DNA of 64,000 nucleotides from Eledone cirrhosa (Eukaryota): NCBI GenBank assembly GCA_964016885.1, contig OZ024742.1, positions 195,548,001 to 195,612,000 of the forward strand, read 5' to 3'. Shown piece by piece: positions 1 to 9,076 of this stretch (position 1 is its first letter; each line of letters starts with the position of its first letter). The notes under the pieces were generated by a model. It saw only the letters and a program-made list of their open reading frames with translations, ran no database searches and was not told where the DNA came from. The position numbers and the translations under genes were made by a program.

Positions 1-118
1 TTTCGAGGCAACAGAAAGAGGTAGATAGACAGAATATTATGACGTCGCCCTCATCCATATAGAGAAAGGGGGTGCCAAGCGAAAGATGTACATAGAGAAA
101 AGAAACGTCATTTGTTAA

Positions 119-127
119 GAGAGAGAG

Positions 128-208
<81 letters not shown>

Positions 209-215
209 GTGTGTG
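119..215. repeat. (GA)n/(TG)n dinucleotide microsatellite
   Basis: Short GA run followed by about 40 TG units, read directly. Confidence 0.97.
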
Positions 216-259
216 ACAGAAAGAGGGAGAATACGTCGCCCTCATCTAGTAATAATAAT

Positions 260-630
260 TGTTTCTACTTTTGGCACAAGGCCAGCAATTATCCCAGTAC
301 ATCACGGGTGATTTATTTTATCGACCCCCAAAGTTAACCTCGGCGGACTTTGAACTCAGATCTTAAAGGGCGGTAACTCTATGCAGCTAAGCATGGCGTC
401 CGACACTCTACCGATACTGCCAATCTACCGCTACAGTAATAATTGTTTCTACTTTTGGCAAAAGGCCAGCAATTACCCAGTACATTACTAGCGCTTTATT
501 TTATCGACCCCGTAAGGATGAAAGGCAAAGTTAACCTCGGCGGGATTTGAACTCAGAATGGCAAGGGCTGTAACTCTATGCGTCAAAGTATGGCGTTCGA
601 CCCTCTACCGAAACTGCCAATCCACCGCCC
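260..630 (-). mobile_element. Head-to-tail dimer of tRNA-derived SINE with target-site duplication
   Basis: Two copies (about 260-432 and 436-630) are reverse complements of the element at 5343-5568, with Pol III A-box-like TGGCAGTATCGG and B-box GAGTTCAAATCC. The direct repeat TCATCTAGTAATAATAAT flanks the dimer at 242-259 and 631-648. Confidence 0.85.
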
Positions 631-797
631 TCATCTAGTAATAATAATGTCCTGAGAAGGACATTATCAATTTAAAAACCTTCCAAAGGCATTTACTGTT
701 GTTTGTGCCCTCGTAACATCATTGTATAACAGTTGATTGCAAAACGTGTGTATTATCAAATTTTGCCTCAGCAGAATTCAAAGAAGTTTCAAACAAC

Positions 798-1125
798 AAT
801 GATTTCTTATATAGGCACAAGGGCAGCAATTTTGGGGAGGGAAAGTCGATTAAATCGACCCCAGTGCGTGACTGGTACTTTATTTTATCGACCCCCTAAG
901 GATGAACGGCAAAGCTAACCTCGGCTGGATTTGAACTCAGATCATAAAGGGCCGTAACTCTGTGCTGCAAAGCATGGTGCACGACTCTCTACCGATACTG
1001 TCAATCCGCAATAATTGTTTCTACTTTTGGCACAAGGCCAGCAATTATCCAGTGTATTACTGGTACTTTATTTTATCGACCCCTTAAGGTTAACCTCGGC
1101 GGGATTTTAACTCGCCGAGGTTAAC
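798..1125 (-). mobile_element. Two more copies of the same SINE (near full-length 798-1008; 5'-truncated 1010-1112)
   Basis: Same body (TTTATTTTATCGACCCC, AACCTCGGC, TTTGAACTCAG) and same (AAT)n tail on the + strand. Confidence 0.85.
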
Positions 1126-1135
1126 ACAATAATAA

Positions 1136-1810
1136 TAACAAGTGCAGCGTGATTTCCTTGCCCTGTGAACTTCTACTACATGCCCAGCGGACGACACATC
1201 CGTAGAGTTTGCCTCGAACCAGCAATATCCCTTTCCCCATTAGCATTGCCAATCGAGAGATTTCTGAAATGTATCCATAGTTTCCAGCCCGGAGGTTCTC
1301 TGGAATAGACAATCTAGTTTATTATCATTGATGTCCTGACCTTTCAAATCGTTCTTTTCTACCATTAGACCTCTATAGAATAAGTTCCATCGACCGCAAT
1401 GTCCAACTGGTAGAGAGCTGCGAGCGCTTGGCAATATTTCGTATGCCAATGTCATGTACGACGGTCATAGGATAAAGCTCTACTTTTCAGAGATAACATT
1501 CTCTTAGTTCATTTCTGGGTGAGCCTGCATAGTCTGCTATTCCTATCCTACTGGATGTCTGGATTGAACTGAAACCAAAGCAACTTAAATGGTTCATCTG
1601 TCCAGTACACAACAACACTGTCCAATGGCATGGATTTGTTCCACTAGGTGCCAAACTCCAAGTTCACTGACTTGTCCAGGTTGATTTTTGCACCAGTCAC
1701 TGCCTCGTATTCCTTTAAAACAGAGCCAACCCCCTTGATTTCTGTGGTGACTGACACCATTTGGGTGACATCGTCTCCATAAGCTGACAGGGCGAGATTT
1801 GAAATTTGCT
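1136..1810 (-). pseudogene. Decayed L1/Tx1-clade LINE ORF2 fragment (RT core plus C-terminal zf-RVT-like remnant)
   Basis: Manual minus-strand translation gives LSAYGDDVT...LKEYEAVTGAKINLDKS (YADD motif region, GDD at about 1770-1781) with in-frame stops. Downstream it reads MDTFQKSLDWQC*..LLVRGKLY..C, resembling the zf-RVT region of L1/Tx1 elements. Confidence 0.8.
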
Positions 1811-1916
1811 TGTCATCCTTCCGGGGTCTTTAAATTAAAGTGCGTCAAATACTGTACTCAGTTTAATACAAAAAAAAACAAAAAAAATTGCTAGGCTTGC
1901 GTCTAAATTGGAAATC

Positions 1917-1987
<71 letters not shown>
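1917..1987. repeat. (AGT)n microsatellite
   Basis: Perfect trinucleotide run. Confidence 0.97.
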
Positions 1988-2334
1988 CAATACATATTTT
2001 TTTTACCTCATGAAATATTTGCTATAAACTAGGTATTCGATCCAAAGTATTAATTCTATAAAGAACCACAGATCAATAGGAAACTGTTCTTTACGGCAAA
2101 CAACCTTTAATAGATGCCTGGTTGTAATTCCTGAAATTATAACCAAAATTGTAAAAGAATTCCTCCATAAAATATCAAAGCTTTAGAATTTCGCGAAAAC
2201 CGAAACGTCCCTTCAATGGAACCCATCAAGGGATTCGTTGTGATATTTTTTTTCTTTATAACTTCTACAATTGCAACTGGTTTCATAGGATCCATATATC
2301 GCAATATATATTGACGTCACTTAATGCATATAAA

Positions 2335-2640
2335 CATATGTACGTATGTATATATGCATGTATGTATGTACGTACGTATGTATGTGCGTATGTATGTACG
2401 TATGTATGCATATATGTGTTTATGTATGTACGTACGTATGTATGAACGCATGTATGTGTGTGCAAGTATCTATATATGAGTGTATGTTTATATGTGTGTA
2501 TGTGTCTATATATGTATGTACATATGTCCTGCATGACAAAAAGCAAAACATGACAAAGGGCGAAAGAATTCAACAGCCATCCAAAAATGTGTACATATGT
2601 ATGTATATGTATATATGTATATGCATGTGTGCATGTGTAA
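2335..2640. repeat. Degenerate (TATG)n/(TA)n/(TG)n simple repeat
   Basis: Read directly; explains the YICMYV-type spurious ORFs. Confidence 0.9.
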
Positions 2641-2659
2641 GTATTTGCGCGGGGACATA

Positions 2660-3280
2660 GAAATAGTCGGGCTGGATACTCCATCGCTGGTTAAACCACT
2701 GGGAGTGAAGGACCCATAGCCTTTGTCAGGGTATTCTTCTAGGAGAAGGCAACTCAGGAAACTGTGATAACTCCGGCAAAAACTGATAATGTTGATCTTT
2801 TCTTCTTTTCGGGTTATAGCTACTGTCGCTCAGAGAGTGGGATTGGCTCAGTGCACATCTTTCCTCACTTTAAAAAAAATCTTCACGCACAGGCATTGTA
2901 CGATAGAATTAATTAATAATTATTGATAGTGATATATCATGCTATGGCCATACTCGATAACGAGGGGGCAGCCATCATGTACATATGTATGTATATGTAT
3001 ATATATGTGAGCATGTCTCTATATATGTGTATGTATGTATGTATGTATGTATGTATGTATGTATGTATGTATGTATGTATGTATGTCAGGTCGCTCTTCA
3101 GCACGTCTGGTAACATGTAACCCAGTACAACCTGTGCATGGTTGGGTCATCGGCGACTAAGCCGGCAACACCACCAAGCTGGCTTGGTGAGGAGGGTGAT
3201 TTTGAACACCATGCGGGATGAAAAACAAAACCCGTCAAAGGGCTGAGGAACTCAGGAGAGTCAATGGCCATCCAATAAAA
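2660..3280 (+). mobile_element. Possible interspersed-repeat (RTE-like LINE 5' region) fragments split by a microsatellite
   Basis: More GC-rich, non-simple blocks at about 2660-2900 and 3087-3280 (GGAGAAGGCAACTC, GGTGAGGAGGGTG...CCCGTCAAAGGGC) recall RTE 5' UTRs; recognised from memory only, no coding motif seen. Confidence 0.3.
2977..3086. repeat. (TATG)n microsatellite
   Basis: Perfect TATG run at about 3030-3086 with a degenerate lead-in. Confidence 0.95.
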
Positions 3281-3569
3281 TTGTTTTTATTTTTATTTTT
3301 TGGTAAACCTTTTTTATGTTGTTGTTTTTGTGTGTGTGTGTGGAACGAGAGACTCATAGTCTTCATTAAGACATCTCTCTGGAAGGTCTCTGATATAAAA
3401 CCTGCGACATAGTTTGCATCCAATGATGTAGACCAGTTCTTGTTTTGGGGCAAATGCTTTCGCGATTAATCAGTTCAAGGTTCGATCTCTATCGATCGGG
3501 CCCGATTCTGGAATCAAAATCTCATCAGACTTCATATATATAAAAGGATAAAGGATAAAGATCCCATAA

Positions 3570-3823
3570 CACCTTGTGGAGTCGTAGAGGCACCACCATA
3601 CAGCGTGTCGAGGTCACTTTTAAACCAGGCGGAGCCCAACCCTCTCCATGTCTGAACACAGCCAGTTTTTTCGTTAGAGGAAGAATCGACTACAGTACTG
3701 GACTGGTACGTTTTTTTATCGACCTCGAAAGGATGATGAAAGGCAAAGTTGACCAGTCGGGATTTGAACTCAAAGTGCACAATGAGGCTGGCCGAATACC
3801 GTAAAACATTCTATCCGGCGTCC
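3570..3823 (-). mobile_element. Diverged SINE sharing the central domain but with a different 3' tail
   Basis: ACTGGTAC..TTTTATCGACCTCGAAAGGATG..AAAGGCAAAGTTGACC..GGGATTTGAACTC matches the core and B-box of the other SINEs; 3570-3680 does not match their tail. Confidence 0.65.
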
Positions 3824-4226
3824 TATTATATATTAATACAATAGTGTTAAAAGCAAAACATTATTAACGTATCTGTGATTTATTTAGTCTATACCTATAA
3901 ATGTCTCACTTTGTTGGCTTTGAACGGGCCTTACCCCATGAAATTATACTCTATCACGGACATATCGTATAGGATTACTTTATGTTCTTTGTGGAGGCTA
4001 TTTACAGACTTTAAGATATTATATATTCTAATGTGAAATAATGTGAAAATTGTGAAGGTGAGGTGCATATCTTAATGGTTAGAGCGTTGAGATATAGAGG
4101 AAGAATTGACATCAGTACTAGTCTATGAGGTATTAAATATCTTTCTTTGTCTATCATAGCTTACTATTTTTACATGGACGAATAAAAAATAAGTTAATTA
4201 ATTTAATATTTATTCCAATCTTTTAG

Positions 4227-4475
4227 GTTTTTTCGGTCGAACCAGCGGCAGTGTGTAAGATGTCGGATCGCTTCCCAGGAAAATGTCCTCCGGATCATTG
4301 CTGTGTGGTTGATTCATTCTCCTCAAACGGTGTCTACTGTAAGCCGGTTCCTCGTGCAGGAGGCGGTTGTTCGACACAACCTTCACCGTTTGCCTGCCCC
4401 TGTGTTACTGGTACAAAGTGTGAAGCCAATATCAAGACTGATGTCTTCGTTTCCATGTATGGGAAATGTCAATAA
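4227..4475 (+). CDS. Terminal exon of a cysteine-rich, probably secreted peptide of the prokineticin/AVIT/astakine (colipase-fold) class
   Basis: Splice acceptor TTCCAATCTTTTAG ends at 4226, then phase-0 VFSVEPAAVCKMSDRFPGKCPPDHCCVVDSFSSNGVYCKPVPRAGGGCSTQPSPFACPCVTGTKCEANIKTDVFVSMYGKCQ*. The 10 Cys are spaced C-x9-C-x4-CC-x11-C-x9-C-x8-CPC-x5-C-x15-C. The frame is intact and GC is higher than the flanks. The start/signal exon was not located. Confidence 0.8.
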   Translation, partial: VFSVEPAAVCKMSDRFPGKCPPDHCCVVDSFSSNGVYCKPVPRAGGGCSTQPSPFACPCVTGTKCEANIKTDVFVSMYGKCQ

Positions 4476-4483
4476 AACTCTGG

Positions 4484-4690
4484 TTTACTTACTGTTGTTG
4501 TTGATGATGTTGAATTTTTTACTACTGCTTGTTGTTGTTGTCGTCGTCTTTGAAGTTATAGTTCTTGTCGTCGTTGAAGTTGCTGTAGTTGTTGTTGTAG
4601 CTGCTGTCGTTGTTGTTGTAGTTGTTGTCATCGACGTTGTTTTATTGTAGTAGTTGTAGTTATTGTTGTTGTTGCCATCGTCGTTGTACA
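4484..4690. repeat. Degenerate (GTT)n/(GTA)n/(GTC)n repeat in the presumed 3' UTR
   Basis: Read directly. Confidence 0.9.
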
Positions 4691-4730
4691 TGTGTCATGT
4701 ATAATGTTTTTTAATGTATAAAGAAAATTA

Positions 4731-4898
4731 CCGTATTTCCCGGCGCCGAAGACGCTTCGTCCTCGGGGACGCACCTTAAATTTGACAACCAAAAATTTGA
4801 AAAAAAATAATAAACAACCTTCGGCCTCCAGGACGCATGGTAGATTTTTTAGATTTATTTTAGGGAAAAAGTAGCGTCTTCGACGCCGGGAAATACAG
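4731..4898. mobile_element. 168-bp Tc1/mariner-superfamily (Tc2-like CCGTA end) MITE
   Basis: TIRs CCGTATTTCCCGGCGCCGAAGACGCT and AGCGTCTTCGACGCCGGGAAATACAG (2 mismatches in 26 bp); TA at both sides (4729-4730, 4899-4900). Confidence 0.9.
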
Positions 4899-5342
4899 TA
4901 ATCGTCACAGGAATGCTACCACTTAAAATAAAATTTTGCCGGGGATAGATTAGGAAAATTTAATAAGTGCGCGGGGGCGCGGACTCTGAAAAAGGAATAA
5001 GCAGGGCACGGGGCGATTATTCGAGACCCGAGTGTATATACTGTTTTAAAGTCTTTCGTTAATTAATAGCCCGCCTCACATTCTCAATACATCATATTAC
5101 ACTTATCAACTCTTTTATCGAGCTATGTGTTTCAAGTAAAGCCGATTTACCCTTGCTTTTAGATCTAATGATTTATAAATGATCATCATTTTCTGCAGAC
5201 TATCTCATCAACCTACCTGGGGGCCCCATCACTATACCGTTTTACAGATACAGCCCAGGTTTTATGTTTGGACTCAAGGAGAAGTTTTAGCCTGTGTAGA
5301 TATGTTTATATTATTATTATTATTGTTATTATTGGCAGCATC

Positions 5343-6540
5343 AGGGCGGTGGATTGGCAGTATCGGTAGAGGGTCGGACACCATGTTCTGCAGCATAGAG
5401 TTACGGTCCTTTATGATCTGAGTTCAAATCCCGCCGAGGTTAACTTTGCCTTTCATCCTTACGGGGTCGATAAAATAAAGTACCAGTCACGCACTGGGGT
5501 CGATTTAATCGACTTCCCCTACCCCCCAAAATTGCTGGCCTTGTGCCTATATAAGAAACCATTATTATTGGCAGCATCGGTAGAGCGCCGGAGAGTATGT
5601 TTAATGGCATAGAGTTACGCCCCTCTACGATCTGAGTTCAAATCCCACCGAGGTTAGCTTAGCATTTCATCCTTACGAAGTCGATAAAATAAAGCACCTG
5701 TAACGTACTGGGGTCGATTTAATCGACTTTCCCCTCCCCTACAAATTGCTGGCCTTGTGCCGAAGTCAGAAACCATTATTATTATTATTATTATTGGCAG
5801 TATCGGTAGAACGACGAACAACATGCTTCACAGCATAGAGTTACGGCCCTTTACGTTTTGAGTTCAAATCCCGCGGAAGTTAGCTTTGCCTTTCATCCTT
5901 ACTGGGTCGATAAAATAAAGTACCAGTCACGTACTGGGGTCGATTTATCGACTTTCTCCTCTCCCAAAATTGCTAGCCTTGTGCCTATATAAGAAACCAT
6001 TATTGGATTGGCAGTATCGGTAGAAGGTCGGACGCCATGCTTTGCAGCAAAGAGTTACGGCCCTTTATGGTCTGAGTTCACATCCTGCCGAGGTTAACTT
6101 TGCCTTTCATCCTTACGGGGTAGATACAATAAAGTACCAGTAATACACTGGGGTAATTGCTGGCCTTGTACCAAATGTAGAAATAATTATTATAGGATTG
6201 CAGTATCGGTAGAGGGTCGGACGTCATGATTTGCAGCATAGAGTTACGTCGCTTTACGGTCTGAGTTCAAATCCCACCGAGGTTAACTTTGCCTTTCATC
6301 CTTACGGGGTCGATAAAATAAAGTACCAGTAATGCACTGGAATCGATTTAATCGACTTTCCCCTCCCTCAAAATTGCTGGCCTTATGCCGAAATCAGAAA
6401 CCATTATTATTATTGGCAGAATCGGTAGAGCGACGAACAATATGCTTCGCAGCATAGTGTTACGGCCCTTTACGGTTTAATCGAATTTCTCCTCCCTCCA
6501 AATTACTGGCCTTGTGCCTATACTAGAAATCATTATTATT
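5343..6540 (+). mobile_element. Tandem array of six tRNA-derived SINE copies
   Basis: Units start at about 5343, 5568, 5794, 6004, 6194 and 6412. Each reads TTGGCAG(T/C/A)ATCGGTAG, then GAGTTCAAATCC and CCTTTCATCCTTACGGGGTCGATAAAATAAAGTACC, and ends in (ATT)n; copy 6 lacks the middle. The core resembles the Deu/Nin SINE domain (from memory). Confidence 0.9.
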
Positions 6541-7428
6541 AGAGTATGCCATAAAGCAGACAAATACGTGGGACATGTTTCTAGTAGATGTGTACAATTG
6601 GCAAAAAAACGCTATAAAATCAGGCATAATCTTATAGCAAAAAGAGTGGTACGAAGATACTCCTTCTGAATCTTGCCTAACAGGTGGGGGAGTAGAGTTA
6701 TTTTGGGACCTTGCGATCATGACCATAAATAAAGTCCAATACAACCACCCTGATATTGTAAAAACAAACAACCCCAAAAATATACTCAAATTGATATTGC
6801 GGTCCCCCAAGACCACAATGTGGCTGAAAAGGAAATGAAAAAGATCAATAAGTGTGTAGACCTTGCAGGTGCTATTAGAACTGATCACCATGTAGAGAAA
6901 GAAATCGTGCCAATCGTCATTAGGGCACTAGGCACGGTCCCTAAACGCCTCACGTCTTTCATCAAAATCTTGGAATCCCTGACTTCATGGTAGTGTCCAA
7001 ATTTCTACCATTACTCTGCCAGAATCCTACAATATATTGAGCTCGGAGGTCAGAGACTGATCTGGAGACAATCTATACCAGTCATGGGCAACCTGTGGCC
7101 CGCGAAGCTTTCTAAATGACTCGCCTAAGTCACCTAAGTGAAACTTTCTTATTTTTTTTACCAAAATTTTTCAGTCGTAATTTATCTTTCCATCATTTTT
7201 ACGATCGAGGAAAACAACGTGTACGAATTCTGAAGAAACAAATCAAAACAACCTCAGTTACCGCCCTTTTTCTAATGTGAGCACGAATGTAAATTAGCGC
7301 TTGCGGCCCGCCTGATGATGAGCCATATCTCATGCGGCCCGATTCTGGAAAAAGGTTGCCCATGCCTGATCTATACGCTTCACCTACCAACTAATTGCGA
7401 GAGAAGCCTTACAAAATGGAAAATAATA
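6541..7428 (+). mobile_element. 5'-truncated, decayed non-LTR retrotransposon 3' end with restriction-like endonuclease (R4/Dong-like)
   Basis: Translation RVCHKADKYVGHVSSRCVQLAKKRYKIRHNLIA (CCHC knuckle remnant plus RHN), then with frameshifts LFWDLAIMT...NHPDIV...IDIAVPQDHNVAEKEMKKINK...IVPIVIRALGTVPK (PD..D..K nuclease). The probable 3' UTR continues past the nested MITE to an AAT-rich tail near 7428. Confidence 0.8.
7079..7368. mobile_element. 290-bp non-autonomous hAT (Charlie-like) MITE
   Basis: 16-bp TIRs CAGTCATGGGCAACCT and AGGTTGCCCATGCCTG (1 mismatch); perfect 8-bp TSD ATCTATAC at 7071-7078 and 7369-7376. Confidence 0.93.
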
Positions 7429-7512
7429 TTATCATAATCACTATCAGCATCAGTATCACTTATCATCATCATTATCATTATCATCATTTCCATTATCATT
7501 ATCAATATCATA
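7428..7512. repeat. Degenerate (ATC/ATT)n repeat
   Basis: Read directly. Confidence 0.8.
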
Positions 7513-7809
7513 TTTCTCATCTCTCTTTGGTTTCTGTTTGTACATCTCCAGTTTATCCAGTCAATCGATTTGTAAGATCACTTTAATTGAGATGGAAGAA
7601 ACCGCAGCTTAAGAAGCGCATGCTGGTCAGAAGCAAAGATAAAATCATCCCTCCAATTTTAATACTTAATCACTTGTCTTTTCTGTATTTCATTTGATAC
7701 TCAATATATGAAAGATTTGAGTCTTCCTCTTCTTCTGATCCGCCAGCATTAAATTCTTCAGTCTTTCATACTTGATACGTCTTCCATATAAACCGATTCT
7801 TCAAACATT

Positions 7810-7979
<170 letters not shown>

Positions 7980-8049
7980 CCTCAGATATAAATCATTCAT
8001 TTAACCACCACGTTCATTATCTGACCAACTCTTTCATATTAACCAATTA

Positions 8050-8143
8050 TTCTTCTTCTTCTTCTTCTTCTTCTTCTTCTTCTTCTTCTTCTTCTTCTTC
8101 TTCTTCTCCTCCTCCTCCTCCTACTACTACTACTACTACTACT
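8050..8143. repeat. Compound (TCT)n(CCT)n(ACT)n microsatellite
   Basis: Three adjoining trinucleotide runs, each one substitution from the next. Confidence 0.95.
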
Positions 8144-8320
8144 CCTTTTTCTCTCTCTGTCTGTGTGTCAGTGTCCAGTTCCACACTGGTCACTGACATA
8201 TTTCTCAAACGTAAAAACGAAGCTAATTTTTCAAAGACGTTCTTTAAGATGTTAATAATGTTCGTTTCATGTGTCTGTAATTCCAACCCTCTTGATGATG
8301 TTGTTGTAGATAATGTTATT

Positions 8321-8962
8321 GGGGGGGGGGGGGGGGGTCGGCATCGTCGTCGTGTGGGTGGCAGTAGTAGAGCTGATGGTAGCGGTGAGAGGGGGGGGGT
8401 TATGGTGATGATGATGATGGTAGTGCTGGTGGTGGTTGTGGTAGTGGAGAAACTGGTGGTCGAGGTGGTTGTTGTTGTGGTGGTGGTGGTGGTGGTGGTG
8501 GTGGCGGTGGTGGTTGTTGTGGTGATGGTGGTGGTGTTGGTGCCGGGGCGTGTTGCCGGTGATGGTGAATGTGGTGGTGGTGGTGGTGGCGGTGGTTGTG
8601 GTGGTGGTGATGGTGGTGGTGTTGGTGCTGGGGCGTGCTGACGGTAATGCTGAAGGTGGTGGTGGTGAGGGTGGTGGTCGTGGTGGTTGTGGTGATGGTG
8701 GTGGTGTTGGTGCTGGGGTGTGCTGATGGTGATGCTGAAGGTGGTGGTGGTGGTGGTGGTGGTGGTGGTGGTGGTGGTGGTGGTGGTGGTGGTGGTTGTG
8801 GTGATGGTGGCGGTGATGGTGCTGGGGCGTGCTGACGGTAATGGTGAAGGTGGTGGTGGTGGTGGTGGCGGTAGTGGTGACGTTGACGGTAGTATTGGTG
8901 TTGGTGATGATGGTTGTGGTGGAGGTGGTGGTGGTGGTGGAGGTAGTGGTAGTGGCGACGGT
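8321..8962. repeat. G-rich tract: poly-G runs and (GGT)n with an embedded 85-110 bp minisatellite
   Basis: G run at 8321-8337; the unit GGTGATGGTGGTGGTGTTGGTGCTGGGGCGTGCTGACGGTAATGCTGAA(GGT)n recurs at about 8521, 8606, 8691 and 8800. Confidence 0.9.
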
Positions 8963-9076
8963 TATGGGAAGGTTGTGTGGATGATAGCTGTGGTGGTTTT
9001 TAGGGGGCGAGCAGCGGTGACAATGATTGTGCCGACAATGATAAAGAGGACCTTTAGAAATAATTCCGAAGTACAT

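Noticed and set aside
137-3120. ORFs rich in CV or YICMYV repeats
   Set aside because: They derive from (TG)n and (TATG)n simple repeats
3890-4226. TATAAA followed by ATG near 3897-3903 as promoter or first exon of the peptide gene
   Set aside because: No hydrophobic signal-peptide frame ending in a convincing phase-0 donor; such motifs are expected by chance in AT-rich DNA
4303-4691. Alternative-frame and antisense ORFs over the peptide exon and (GTT)n tract
   Set aside because: Low-complexity poly-Val/poly-Thr; the cysteine-framework frame explains the region better
4960-5036. GC-rich patch resembling a DNA transposon end
   Set aside because: No partner TIR or TSD found, so it cannot be supported
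5343-5440. tRNA gene suggested by A and B boxes
   Set aside because: The boxes are widely spaced, no cloverleaf is evident, and the sequence is the head of a multi-copy SINE
6523-6891. 122-aa minus-strand hydrophobic ORF
   Set aside because: It is antisense to the recognisable LINE endonuclease remnant
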